A stretch of 63,412 nucleotides of DNA, counting the filler, from Octopus bimaculoides (lineage: Eukaryota): NCBI RefSeq assembly GCF_001194135.2. It is 5 parts of 4 records of this genome, joined end to end, with 100 filler letters (N's around TTAATTAATTAA, not from the genome) between each part and the next. Parts side by side here need not be neighbours in the genome. Positions count along the whole stretch, not along the records: positions 29,380 to 55,502 come from NC_068981.1; 4 more parts are not named here. One strand, 5' to 3'. Numbering within the stretch: position 1 is the first letter of the stretch; every line of letters begins with the position of its first letter. Positions 38,385 through 51,134 of this stretch are shown piece after piece. Both the position numbers and the translations under genes were made by a program. The notes beneath the pieces are model-generated. The model did no database searches. It was not told the origin of the DNA and worked only from the letters and a program-made list of their open reading frames with translations.

Positions 38385-39276
38385 CAAGTTCAACATATAG
38401 AACTTTTATTTAAGCTAACTTCTTCACGATATGAAATATAAAAAGATAAAAGCGGTCTAGATTTATAACGACAACAGCAGCAGCAGCAACAACAACAATA
38501 ATAATTGAAATGACTGTAATGTTTGAAGTGAAAAAATATTTCATGTATGTAATATCAAGAAATTACTACTTGTACTGAAGCACATTTATTCTTTCTGCTA
38601 AGGTATAGAGACTTCACATTTGACATTAACCGCACTAATATTAACTTATCTTTTCATGAAGAGGTCAATCCTAAAATAAAAATACATTTCGTCTTTGAAA
38701 GCGAAGCAACAAGTAAAAAATAAAAATTTATATAACACATCGGACTTTCTGACCTTTCGAGTTTAGAAGCGGTACCTTTTTAAAGGCTTCCGTATTACTG
38801 TATTAACAGTTGTCAAATGGATAAAAAACAAAACGACGAATGCAAGTTAACAATAGCTTCGTGACAAAAGCAAGATATTATAACCACCTTTCCTCTTTAA
38901 GAATTCTCAGATTCCATAGATTGAATCCTTCAATCCAATTCCAGCTGAAAGCATGTTTTTGCATCTATCAATGAAAAACCGCCCAATAGTACCTTTCTTT
39001 CCAAATTCCAAGCTAAACTGTTTTAGTTGATTTATTTGACAGGTTTTAATAACAGTAAAATAACAACAAAAAATGTTTAAGGGAAATCTTATTCACTCCT
39101 GATATAATCATTGAATACTCAACATGGACTTTCCTTTAGAAAATGATATTGTAATCGTATGCCAATCTTTTAATCTACCAAATTTCATTCACAAGATTTT
39201 GGGCGACGAACTGACGTTATGAGTATTACTCAAATGTTAATCTTATTTGAGATTTATAAAGTGTCAGCAACTAATA

Positions 39277-39666
39277 TAGGCGCAGGAGTGGCTGTGTGGT
39301 AAGTAGCTTGCTTACCAACCACATGGTTCTGGGTTCAGTCCCACTGCGTGGCACCTTGGGCAAGTGTCTTCTACTATAGCCTCGGGCCGACCAAAGCCTT
39401 GTGAGTGGATTTGGTAGACGGAAACTGAAAGAAGCCCGTCGTATATATATGTGTGTTTCTGTGTCTGTGTTTGTCCCCCGCAACATCGCTTGACAACCGA
39501 TGCTGGTGTGTTTACGTCCCCGTAACTTAGCGGTTCGGCAAAATATACCGATAGAATAAGTACTAGGCTTACAAAGAATAAGTCCTTGGGTCGATTTGCT
39601 CGACTAAAGGCGGTGCTCCAGCATGGCCGCAGTCACATGACTGAAACAAGTAAAAGAGTAAAAGAG
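39277..39666 (+). mobile_element. tRNA-derived SINE, family A (young, full length)
   Basis: TAGGCGCAGGAGTGGCTGTGTGGTAAGTAGC...GGCGGTGCTCCAGCATGGCCGCAGTC...GAAACAAGTAAAAGAGTA. Confidence 0.92.
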
Positions 39667-42600
39667 CAATATCCAATGTAGTCATAAATTTCGTTTTTAA
39701 GACAGTAAGATATGATTTAAGGGAAATTTCATTGCTGCTGTTACCAGATCAGGCAAGCACTTAAAAAGCACCTTTTTTCGATTGCATAACGTTGTTGCTG
39801 AACTGGCTATGAATGAGCAAACCTATGACCAAATTTCAGTCATGATCGTCTCTGCTTTTCTAGGACTGTGTTAGTCAATGTATCCTTTCTTTTTTAAAGA
39901 CAATAGCGTGTTATTTGATTGCTATTTCTAGCAGGGTGCGCAACCAGGTCAAGCAAGCACTTAGAAGCTCTCTTATGCGATTGTTTATGTTGTTACTGAG
40001 CACTGGGTAAAATAGTATAACAGGTGATTTCAATCCCATGTAAATTACGAGTTTATCATGTGTACAGATCCCATTTCTGCTAACCAATGCTTTTTGTGCA
40101 TGTGATAGTCTGGCGATAGTCACAAGAATGTTAACAGAGGCTACAAATACAGCGGCTTTTAGCACCAAAATGCCACAGTGAATTTGGCCCTTGGTGAATT
40201 CCTCTTACTAATAGCTGTTTCCACACTAAATACTCAACCAAGCGCATTTTCACTAAGAGCTGTTCTCACAGTTTTTTGTACTCAACCCGGTTCAGTAGAT
40301 GAAGACAACCACCTCGGCAACATGAATATGCACTGATGAGAAAAATAGCCTAAATATCAAATTTCTGATGATCTCCTACACCTGTGATATCCGTCATTGA
40401 TATAAAATTTACTCTTCTTGTATTGCCTGCACACCTTTTGCATCAACGTCTATAACTGACAGGTCTTTTGTCATAACCACGCTATAGTAGCCATGAATGA
40501 GAAAAAAACCTACGATCAAATTTCAGCCGTGACCATCTCCAATTTTATTTTAATTTTAGGCAGTGCATCTAGGACTACGTCATTCAATTTATCCATCCGT
40601 TTTTAAAAGACAGTAGCACATGATTTGACGGACATTTGATTGTTATTTCTAGCAAAGCGAGCAACCACATAGGAGTTCTGTTGGTGACCTGTGGATTGCA
40701 TGGTTGTAGGAAGTGGGAAAGGAATCGAAGTTCACACATGTTTCTGTACTGAAGGAAGGAGACATTTTTCCTATTGACATTCTTCATTGAGTTGCCCTTT
40801 TAGAATTGCTATTTAGCTTGTGGTCAGCTCCAGTCTAATACATCTATGACCAAAGGAATTTGTTGCTTTGTTTAATCTTGTTTTATTAAGTATTTTACAT
40901 CATTAAAGAAAATAAAGTCGTGTAATCAAAAACAAAAACAAATGATAAATGAATGTGGCGATTTCGATTTCCAGTGTGTCGAAAATGTCCGCAGCTGATT
41001 GGCTTAAATTTTAAAATTTTCAATTTTCAAAGGCTCGTTACTTCTTTATTTTTAATTTCTCAAAAAAAAAAAAAAAAAAAAAAAGTTATGATTTTCATAG
41101 GCGCAGGAGTGGATGTGTGGGCAGAAGAGGATATAGGAATTATTTTGTGCCACTTGATAGACCAACCTTCTGGGTCGGTGCCCTGTCTTATAAGGCAGCA
41201 AGTATTTGTGCAGAAAGCCTTAAACTTAATCCATTGCCTAACTTAACACCTAGCACATTGATTACCCTTAGCAGAGTTCACTCAGTGACAAGCATTCGAG
41301 ACAGATCTCCAGTTTGAAGATTCCATTCTCTCTCCTTTTTGTCTTGAAGGCCCTGTAAAAAGCCATGGACATTGCTTTTCTCCCCGACTAAAAGATGAAA
41401 AAAGAAAAAAAAAATCAGTAGCACTACATACGTTGTGTTGTGCAAGGGTTTGGTCCAAATCCTTGCAACAGTGCGAACTCAACAAAACGCATGCAAAAGT
41501 GGGTTTTTACAAACTTATTTGTGAAACTTCAGCAAGGAAAAGGAAAGATGTAGTAAACAGAAATCTACTCCTAATTTGAATTAAATCAGCTGAGAGGACT
41601 ACCACTCATGTCTATTTTTATCCAATTTATCCCACAAAATTTAGTTTTCATCTTTCTGTAATAAAGCTTTTATTTGGCCAAGCAACAACTTTTAATAAAC
41701 AAACATGAAAGACTATTTGAAAATACAGAATGTCTGATCCTTTCTTTACTAACACATGCTATATTTGATTAATTTTTTCTTCCTCTTTTTACATGAGGGT
41801 GTTAGCTAAAATAGTTATTTGCTCTTTTTTTTATCTGTTTAATACGCTGAACACCTATAGGTGACCTATTTTATGAAAAGGAATTTATTGCAGAGAAATG
41901 GAATAAAAAACATTTCTCTTCTCAAAAGAGGCCTAATTGAAATACTCAAATTCATTGACATAAGTCTCTCCTCTTTTCCGTAACACATACACACAGAAAT
42001 GCATTATAACGTCCCACAACAGTAACAACGTCGTGATACCAATGAAACATTAAATACTCTTTAATCATTTGGGATCCCCACTAAAGCTACAGTTTACTTC
42101 CTTATTTCCTAAGAGGAACTTTATATAATTATAGACCTAATTTTCTTCCATACCCCAGAGGGATTGCAAATAAAAGTTGTTAAAGCTTTGAAATTCCCGC
42201 TAGAGCAGCGCTAGCCTAATTATATAAGACAAAATACACCGAGAATTTGTTCTAGGTAAAACAATTTACGAAATCTGGTAAGAAATCACTCACATCTTGC
42301 TCCTTTAAACAGTATAATTCATTACTTTGCATTTTTATTTTGATTGGTTCCTCAGCTTTACAACAAAATAATGGCTACAACACAGGGATTATTAAATACA
42401 AAATGTAAGGGGAAAAATGTTTTTTTACACACATACGGACATCATCATCATCATTATTAAGCTTCATATTCTGTCAAGTTCAACTTTGCCTTTTTTATTT
42501 TCAGGGTTGATAAAATAAGTAACAGTTTAGCACTGGGGGTTGATGTAATTGACTAGCTCCTTCCCCAAAATTTCAGGCCTTATACCTTATAGTAGAAGGA

Positions 42601-43529
42601 TTGTTAATATTAGATCTCAAATTCTACTAAATTTATCTTTGTCATCCTTTTAGGGATGATAAAATAAGTGCATGTTGAACACTAGGGTAATTGACTTAGC
42701 CACTCCCTTAAAATTTCTGGCTTTGTGTCAAAATTTGAAAACATTTAGGTAATGAATAAATGGAAAAAGAAAAAAAAAATTTCTTAATACTCAAAACATA
42801 TAATTTCTTTATCATGTAAATTAACCAGAATACCATGGTGATACACTGGGTTTCTTGTTAACAGAACAGCTCTGCCAGCATTCATTCAGTCAATAAAAGA
42901 TCTGACTGTAAGTCAAGATATGGCTGCATATCTTGGCTTTTGCTGGCAAATCTGCTTTGCTAACAAGAAATATAGTATCTGTGTAACATACTAACTGTAA
43001 TTTCATATAATAATTTGTATTCTACCCACCCATTCCATTTGTTTTTTCAAATTTGGATTGAACAACATGAAATGCTAATCATTTAGTTTAGAACTTAAGG
43101 ATTTTTACAACATAATTTTTACTGTCGAATTGTGTTATCAAAAAGTTAAGTCAAATAAATATAAAAAGTTAGGGAACAATTCACTTAGACACATCAAAAA
43201 ATTGGTCTTGCTTTATATCGTACCTACAAGCGAAAAATACTCAATTAAAACCTTCAAAATCAATACAAATATTAGCCTTCACAATCTTGCTTAAACACAA
43301 AACTATTGATTAGGTTTTCTCTTTAGGACCAGAGAACACTCCTGGCATGATTTGATGCTCTCTACAAAATCCCAAGCATGCTTCACATATTTATGATACT
43401 GTTGCAGTCATAAAGAAATATGGTTCTTCGTCTGAGTAGCAATATACTGCTAACACTGGCTTACAGATGCACTATTTTTTCTATATGTTTATTCTACTGT
43501 TGTTACAATTTCTATTCCTCTGAACCAGT

Positions 43530-43760
43530 AAGTTGCATACCACTGTCATAGATCCCTGTCTGACACACCTGTCTCTTGTATTCCCTGCCAGATCTTACTA
43601 ATTACCAAATCATTCTTCAGAGGCATCACTTCATACATGTTTTTCCTAATTACATCAACTTACAGAAATTCAAGGTGAATAGCAAACTGCCTTGATCTTG
43701 TCTTGTGGGGTTGTTAGAATGGCTATGGTTACTGTCTCTTCTCTAATAAAACTCAAGAGA
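43530..43760 (-). mobile_element. Possible old RTE-type LINE C-terminal fragment
   Basis: GGAAAAACATGTATGAAGTG...GACAGGGATCTATG resembles the RKTW.EVV..D...DRD.WR end of RTE ORFs. Confidence 0.35.
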
Positions 43761-44654
43761 GAGATTGAAACCTAAAATATGAGCTAGATATCCAAACATT
43801 AGAATATTAAGGATAAACTATTTGCAACATAGAGCACTCTCAGCTTTTTACCTATAATTACAGGTAAAAAGAAAAAGATGTGTGTTGATATTTTCAAGAA
43901 CATGAACAAATTAGCTAGTGGGGTAGGTAAGGAAATAGTCAGAGGTCACCAGACTGTTTCATTTGTACAGGCACTGAGTTATATTCCTGGCCAAGATAGT
44001 TCAATACAAATCACAAGTGAAACCTGCAGCTACTATACACATTAGCATTAAAAAAAATAATACTCCATCCACTAAGATACTGAGTCTGACCCACTTTCTG
44101 TCTTTTATTCCTGAACTACACTGATTCCTGTTCTTACAAATAAGCTGAATACTCGTTCTACTCAATGCACTTACCTGCCTTTCTACTTGTGGTAACTCAC
44201 AATTCTTTCCTTCCCAGAATTGCAATCCTCACTGACACCTAAAATAAAAAAAACATGAGCAATCTCTACGGGTTACACAATCTGTTAGAAATAGCTGACA
44301 GATCTCCTTCAGTGTTTCAGTTTATTGTGTTATATTAGTAAAGGATGCATTAGATAATTAGTTCCAAGCTTACACCTAAAAGGTTAGAGTGTTCTCAGCT
44401 GGAATGCCTTTCAAGCATGAGTCTACTCAATCGTGGTTGATACAGAGCTCAACAACAGCAACATAGGCAATTTATAAAATTTGAAACTGAACCTGCAAAG
44501 GACATAAGAACTGTTTCTTTCTTTTCTCATATTAAATAATAATTTCTAGCATAGACACAAAACCAGATATTTAAAATGACATGCTATTTTATTATGCAAC
44601 CATAATATACTATAAAGTATATTAAACATTTTTATAAGTCAATGCCATGTTCTT

Positions 44655-44845
44655 ATTTCTTTATTGCCCACAAGGGGCTAAACAAAGACAAAGGGGTTAA
44701 GTTGATTACATCGACCCAAGTGCATAACTGGTACTTAATTTATCGACCCCAAAAGGATGAAAGGCAAAGTCGACCTCAGCAGAATTTGAACTCAGAATGT
44801 AACAGCAGACAAAATACTGCTAAGCATTTCGCCTTGTGTGATAAC
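44655..44845 (-). mobile_element. SINE family C
   Basis: CTGGTACTTAATTTATCGACCCCAAAAGGATGAAAGGCAAAGTCGACCTC..GAATTTGAACTCAGAA is the reverse complement of the family C core and head. Confidence 0.85.
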
Positions 44846-44904
44846 GTTTCTGCCAGCTCACTGCCTTAATAAGTCAATACCATGTTCTACTGTGTTAGCA
44901 GTGC

Positions 44905-45085
44905 ACTTGTATCAGATATTTAGAGAGAGAGGTTAGTTTACTACTTCTACTGCAGTACTTAAATTATCACTCCAGAAGGATGAAAAGCAAAGTTGACCAT
45001 GGCAAGATTTGAACTCAGAATGTAATGAGCCAGAACAAATACCGAAATGTATCTTGTTCAATGCTCTAATAATTCTGCCAACACA
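44905..45085 (-). mobile_element. SINE family C (older)
   Basis: GAAGGATGAAAAGCAAAGTTGACC..GATTTGAACTCAGAATG. Confidence 0.7.
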
Positions 45086-45999
45086 AATTAATGCCCATAT
45101 ATACCTATCCTCCTAGCTCAAGCTAACAAGTTATTGTTCCTGCTATTAGGGTATTATGCCCTCCTAAAACCCAATGTACATTTTCATTTTTTCCCCACAC
45201 AACTGAAATTAGTAAGAGATTCCCTCATAGAAATGGGTTTGAATAATGAAATCAAATAGAGTTGTTGTCTAGCTCTGGGTCAGCTGTAATCAAGCAGACT
45301 CGTTATCTTCCCATCTTTATTACATTACCCTGGACATATATGCTCCCTTTCCTTTTTAATTCTGTAGTATGCAATTTGAAAGAGACTTTGGTGCTATTTT
45401 GAGAATGTTAAGTAATCAAGTAGAAGCCATCTCTCTTTGGCTAGAATCAAAACCAAGAAGTAATAAGGGGCATGGATTAAGAAAGGGTTAAGAGTTGCTG
45501 AAACAGTTTCAAGTTCCAATCAAAATGATTTCTCTTCATTTATACCTTATAATGCATGTTACATTTGCACATCCTTTCCACAATAACTTTTGTGGCTTCA
45601 TGCCCAACTAAAAAAAGCCGAAATCTAAATCTATAAGGCTGTAATTGGATATTAAAGAACTGGAGTTTTAGAGTTTGTTATACAAGCAATTCTTTATGTA
45701 TCAGTTATCAATACCTGAATTTTGGTTTCAAGTTTATATTACCCGATACTGGTGAACGAGTATATCTAGATCATTTAATTATAATATTAGTTGACAGAGT
45801 TTTTGCCAGGAACCACACAAATGTCACCTTTGTAGCAGTCATCCGAGGTTAAATCTAATAGCAGAGACATTTGAAAAGCAATCATTGAATTAAAAGGTTT
45901 TGTATACCGAGTTTGTTTTAACACCTGTTTTCAAATTTGAACAACTAACAAAAACACTAATCACAGGTAGGTTATTAAGACAGTTTCAATTCACCCAGC

Positions 46000-46357
46000 A
46001 AAAGTGCAGGCATGGTGATGTGATTAAAAAGCATGCTTTGCAACCACATGCTTTTGGATTCAGTCCCATTATGCAAACGTCTTCTGACAACCTCAAACCC
46101 ACTAATACCTTCTATGTGAGTTTGGTGGATGGAAACCGTGTGGAAGCCCATTGTATATCTATATATGTCTGTGTATGTAACTTTGTTCCTCACCACAGTT
46201 GACAACTGTGTGGTTTTGTTTACACCCTTGTAACTTAATGGTTCAGCAAAAGAAACCACTACAATAAGTACCAGACTTTAAAACAAGTACTGAGGTTGCT
46301 TTGTTCGACTGAACCCTTCAAGGTGATGTTCCAGCATGGCTGAAACAAGATGAAAAG
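46000..46357 (+). mobile_element. Diverged SINE family A copy
   Basis: Family A head and tail recognisable despite many CpG-type substitutions. Confidence 0.75.
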
Positions 46358-46477
46358 ACATCTTCCCCAAGAATGATAGCACTCAGCAGTTTATACTTGT
46401 CATCTGTGTTTATGAGCACAACACTCTGCTAAGACGTGTTTTAGCAACAACATTATATAGTTAATTAACAAGTATTT

Positions 46478-46850
46478 GTGGAGGCGCAATGGCCCAGTGG
46501 TTAGGGCAGCGGACTCGTGGTTTCGATTCCCAGACCGGGCGTTGTGAGTGTTTATTGAGCGAAAACACCTAAAGCTCCACGAGGCTCCGGCAGGGGATGG
46601 TGGTGAACCCTGCTGCACTCTTTCCCCACAACTTTCTCTCACTCTTACTTCCTGTTTCTGTTATGCCTGTAATTCAAAGGGTCAGCCTTGTCACACTGTG
46701 TCACGCTGAATATCCCCGAGAACTACGTTAAGGGTACATGTGTCTGTGGAATGCTCAGCCACTTGCACATTAATTTCACGAGCAGGCTGTTCCGTTGATC
46801 GGATCAACTGGAACCCTCGACGTCGTAAGCAACGGAGTGCCAACAACAAC
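46478..46850 (+). mobile_element. tRNA-derived SINE, family B (young)
   Basis: GTGGAGGCGCAATGGCCCAGTGGTTAGGGCAGCGGACTCGTGGTTTCGATTCCCAGACCGGGC...GGAACCCTCGACGTCGTAAGC..GTGCCAACAACAAC. Confidence 0.92.
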
Positions 46851-48128
46851 ATAAGTATTTAAATGGTTTACAATACTGAGTTGAAATCCTCTCATTTGTG
46901 TTTGTATCACAATAGAGACAGATGCCACCATACGGAATAACTTTAGATAGACATTGCATGGGTAGTCTTCAAGTTAAACTCCGAAGACCTTTTGGTTTAC
47001 GAGATTCCTTACATTTAAACAGTTTATACATTTATTTGAAAAAAAAAAAAAATTTCTAAAATTCTCTTTATACTGTAAAAAAACCATTACCATATTTATT
47101 TGTGTATAAAATGCACTCTTGTACAATGCACAAAGCTAATCATGAGCAATAAAATTCTAGAAAAAAAATCTCTTGTTTATAATACCCATTGATATAACTT
47201 CATTGCATTGTTTATAGCTGCATTGTTAAAACTCACATGGCATGTATTCATTTAAATGTGGATTTTTTTATGTTTGGTAACAACAGACATTCAGTATCTG
47301 CTAACAAAAATGGAAATGAATGAAAATGGACTTCCACCAAAATCCAAATGATTTTTGTACAAAATTCAGAAACTGAATGAAAATGGAATATTTTTGCTAG
47401 TAAAATCATTTATCTGGTGAATATCTCATAGAAAGTGATTCCTTTGGGCAAAATGTCCATTATTGATCTCCTCCACAATTGTTACACAAATCACTTGGTT
47501 GACCTGGGGCTACAGTAAAAGACATCTGCTCAAGGTGCCATGCAGTGGGACTGAACCCACAACCATGTAGTTGGGAAGTAACACCTAATTTTTATGCCTT
47601 TTCAAAAAAAAAAATAATAAAAAAAAACAAAAAAGGAACTGACCCAATATTTTCTAAAACAACCAGAATCTTAAATTGTAATAACTTTCTAAATCTTCAG
47701 AGTATTATATCCTGCATTTTGTAGATAATTTCATGGGATTTCATCATCATGCTTTAACACTCATCCAACATGTTGGCACGGGTTAGATAGTTTAACAGTA
47801 TCAGATGGGTCAGAAGATCTATTATGCTCCAATGCTTGCTTTGGCATGGTTTCTATGACTGGATGCCTTTCCTTACACCAAGTACTTTACAGTGTGCACT
47901 GGGTAATTTTTTTTATGACATCAGCATTCCCATTATGACTAAGATTGCCGTGATGGCTTTAAGCTAAGTGGTAAAAGGTTAAACAATGAAGGAAGAGTTT
48001 GGAATAAGTTTCTTACTGTAGAAGAGATACAAGGCTACTTACATTATACAAGAGTAGATGGAAGTAATCAGTGTAATTCTGTAAATTTAGATTAAGAAAA
48101 AAATGGAGTAGCATTTAGTTCTTGTGTA

Positions 48129-48971
48129 CAAGATGGTATCAAAAAGTTCCATAACTGGGTATGTTTAATTAAAAAATTAACTTATTTACCTAAGTTTTAA
48201 CAACAACTCCTTTGAAATTGTCACCTTGTGCAGCAATAAACTGCTCCCAGCATTCCTACCACTTTTGGAATTCAGCCTGGAAGTAATTTTCCAGGAGTCA
48301 AAGACCTGTGATTCACTCTGGATCTCAACAGCTGTGTTAAAACAGTGACCTTTAAGCTGCATTTTCATCTTGGGGAAGAGATGGAAGTCCGCAGGTGCTA
48401 AATCTGGCGAATAGGGCATGTGTGGAAGCAATACCGTGTTTCTGGTGAGAAACTCAAAAGAGAGAAGAATTCAGTGACAGAGTACATTGTTGTCATGAAG
48501 AATCCAATTCTTCATGCTCCACAGATCCAGTCACTTTCACCAAATGCTCTCTTGATTGATGGTCTGGGCCTGGGGAATGAATTCTCAATGCACAATACTA
48601 CACTTCCAGTGGTGACACTCGTGGCAAGTCTTCCAGATCATTTAACTTCCACTTTTGAAGTGCCAGTGCCACTTGAAACATTGCATATGACCCATTGCCT
48701 TGTCACTGTAAGCTTCCCGAAGCATGCTCAATGTCTCCACAGCAGACTTCCCAAGACTAATGCAAAATTTCACATTGGCTCTTTGTTTTAACTTCCAGTC
48801 CATGTCAAAATCACAGACTACAGCACACATGTGATCACAAAAACACAAATTTCACAATTTCCGAAGTAAACACAGCGATATCACTGCTATCTCTCACTGT
48901 GAATGCAACTATGTGCTGCCATCTGTTGGCACACTACAAAACTAGTCTGGGAACTTTTTGATACCACCTCA
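48129..48971 (-). mobile_element. Internally deleted mariner element with both TIRs and TA TSD
   Basis: TA|CAAGATGGTATCAAAAAGTTCC ... GGAACTTTTTGATACCACCTCA|TA; ORFs QRANVKFCISLGKSAVETLSMLREAY (HTH) and PYSPDLAPADFHLFPKMK (YSPDLAP motif). Confidence 0.92.
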
Positions 48972-49946
48972 TATAATGCTCATATTTAATTGCTAAGTTT
49001 AAAATCTAGAAAAACAGATAATACTTGAAATATACAGTATAACATAATACTTGAAAATATACAGTAAATGGTATGAAATTATTTCAGCAGTATCAGGTAT
49101 CATCATTTAACATCTACTTTTCAAGCTGGCATGGGTTGAATGGTTCGACAAGGAACCAGTAAGTTGGATCAGCATTTATAGGAATGTTATTGACACCAGA
49201 AGCTTTATAAGTTATTCATATCAGTGTAGGGTGGGATATAAACTTAGAATCCAATGCTATAAAGTAACCTTTTCTTTGACTGTAATATGTATGTTCATAT
49301 ACACTCTATATATAATACATACATATACTATATAATGCATATATACATTATCAAAATATTTACACATTAGTCTCAAAAGAAAAAAAAATCTTTTTTATGC
49401 TATGGAAATAAATAAAAACAATATATAATTTTAAAAGTTATACATTACTGAATTTTAATTTGAAATAATCTTGGTTTTTGTTACACAATGTCTTTCTTTT
49501 TTAGAGATATACAGAAAATTTGTTAGTATCAATTGACTGAAATTTCCTGTTGTGTCGATGGCAAGTCTTTTACATAATAAAACAGAATTCCAGAAATATT
49601 TTATACCAAATATAACAGGACTTTCACCTTATTTTCTTTTTGGGTTTTCTTTATATTTATAAAAAAACTTAAATAATTGGTGATGGTATTATTAAATCAA
49701 TAAAGGTTTTTATGTTGTAACAATAAAATCTACAATTTTTATTTTTTAGAACCAATTTTTATTTTAAAAAGGAAGCTGGCTAGACAGTTTCAATAACCTT
49801 TATCAATTTAATAAAGTATTTTAAGTCAAAAGAAACAATACTCAAATATTTATTTTTTCTCTTGTTTTTGTTTCTCTCTTATTTATACACTGTCATCACT
49901 CTTTTCACTCACACACACCATTACAAAAGGTACAGATTGGAATTTG

Positions 49947-51134
49947 CTAAGAATTTCCATGCTTTTCATTAAACTTTAGGGTTACCAATGAGTCTTTGGT
50001 TGTATTCTGTTTTAAGTTAAATGACTGTTTTTTGTTTTTAACTTGCCGACTCCCTTTCCGTTTGAAAGTATCACGAAGGAATTTTAATGGATTTGTTTCA
50101 GTATGTCTGTGACTTGTGTGAATGGATGTTCCATTTGGTTGTTCTGTCATGGCAGGAGAGATTTTGGTTGGTGAGAGATCATCTTTTGCTTTCAAAAGCT
50201 GTATGTGTGTTGGTTTACCAACTTTTTCTGGTGCCCCATCCCTTGTGTCTCCCTGCTTCTCTAGTTGAGAATGAGCTAAATTTTCAACACTGTTTCCAGA
50301 AACTTCAGCTAATGTTTGATTAGTGACATGAAAAGATTTCATAAAAGCTGTCAATTCAGGATCATTTTCAAATCTTTCAAAATTTGGATAACCTGCAATA
50401 CTCATACATCGTTCTTTATCTCTCGTTTTTTTCTCACGCCGTACTACCTGTGGAATATTCTCCATACTTCGGTAGCTATATTCCCCATCTGAATCATTCA
50501 GTAATTTAAAACTGCGGAGATCCACACTGCTTTTGTGACGAGTAAATTTATCACGAAGAGGCTTACTAAATTGTTTAAAAATAGAATTTCCTTCATTGCC
50601 ACTGATATTTGTTACGCTGGAGTTCATGTTAGAGTTTATATTCGACTGAGAACTTGTCATGTCAGAATTACTAGAATACCTCTCAGATCTTTTGCTAGTT
50701 ATATCTGACTTAGTGCTACTTGCTAAGTCTGAAGAGTTCACTGAATATTTCTCATGCAGAGACTGAGTCATTCCATTAGAGTCCATTTTACTTTGGATAT
50801 CAGTTATTGAAGATTGTAAAATATGTATCCGTTTATATAACTGTTTTATTTGTAGGTCTTGACGACTGATTACACTGTCTTTCTGCTCCATCAGGCGTAC
50901 AATATTCTTTTGTTCCCGGTGCAGCTTGCCTTCTAAGTATAGAAGGCTAGATAAGACTTTGGAAAGATTGTGGTCATATTCACTGCCAAGCTGCTTTATA
51001 GCATTGTCTTTTTCAATAAGTTGCTGACGTAGCTTATAGATAAGCTGGCCAGGCACAACACACTGGTCATCCTCTGCCATATTGGAACAAACTTCTAGAT
51101 CCAGATCTGAACAAGATTTGCTTGCCTCTTTCAT
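49947..51134 (-). CDS. Large terminal (or sole) coding exon of an uncharacterised coiled-coil protein, 395 aa
   Basis: Stop-free 1188-nt ORF in very AT-rich DNA; strong acceptor TTTTCTTTTCTTTTAATAG directly before the ATG (AG at 51136-51135); heptad-like LRQQLIEKDNAIKQL..LSSLLYLEGKLHREQKNIVRLMEQKDSVISRQDLQIKQL, Ser/Asn-rich linker and basic C-terminus. The true start may lie in an upstream exon. Confidence 0.8.
   Translation of the reverse strand: MKEASKSCSDLDLEVCSNMAEDDQCVVPGQLIYKLRQQLIEKDNAIKQLGSEYDHNLSKVLSSLLYLEGKLHREQKNIVRLMEQKDSVISRQDLQIKQLYKRIHILQSSITDIQSKMDSNGMTQSLHEKYSVNSSDLASSTKSDITSKRSERYSSNSDMTSSQSNINSNMNSSVTNISGNEGNSIFKQFSKPLRDKFTRHKSSVDLRSFKLLNDSDGEYSYRSMENIPQVVRREKKTRDKERCMSIAGYPNFERFENDPELTAFMKSFHVTNQTLAEVSGNSVENLAHSQLEKQGDTRDGAPEKVGKPTHIQLLKAKDDLSPTKISPAMTEQPNGTSIHTSHRHTETNPLKFLRDTFKRKGSRQVKNKKQSFNLKQNTTKDSLVTLKFNEKHGNS

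Noticed and set aside
38880-39015. Protein-looking frames on both strands (LEFGKKGTIGRFF.. / IESFNPIPAES..)
   Set aside because: Short, with no convincing splice acceptor and no recognised homology.
43864-44045. Plus-strand exon pair (GKKKKMCVDIFKNMNKLASG / ALSYIPGQDSS) with a 44-48 nt intron
   Set aside because: No recognisable protein and a very short intron; it shows how easily chance splice sites arise here.
44175-44238. In-frame CQ-TGA-G as a possible selenocysteine codon
   Set aside because: No match to selenoprotein motifs I know, no SECIS seen, and the same frame also contains TAA.
46478-46540. tRNA-like sequences (also 2110-2188, 33892, 39277)
   Set aside because: They are SINE heads followed by SINE bodies and do not form a full cloverleaf.
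49400-49860. Multiple AATAAA hexamers on both strands suggesting overlapping convergent 3' ends
   Set aside because: Expected by chance at this AT content; no supported plus-strand gene ends here.
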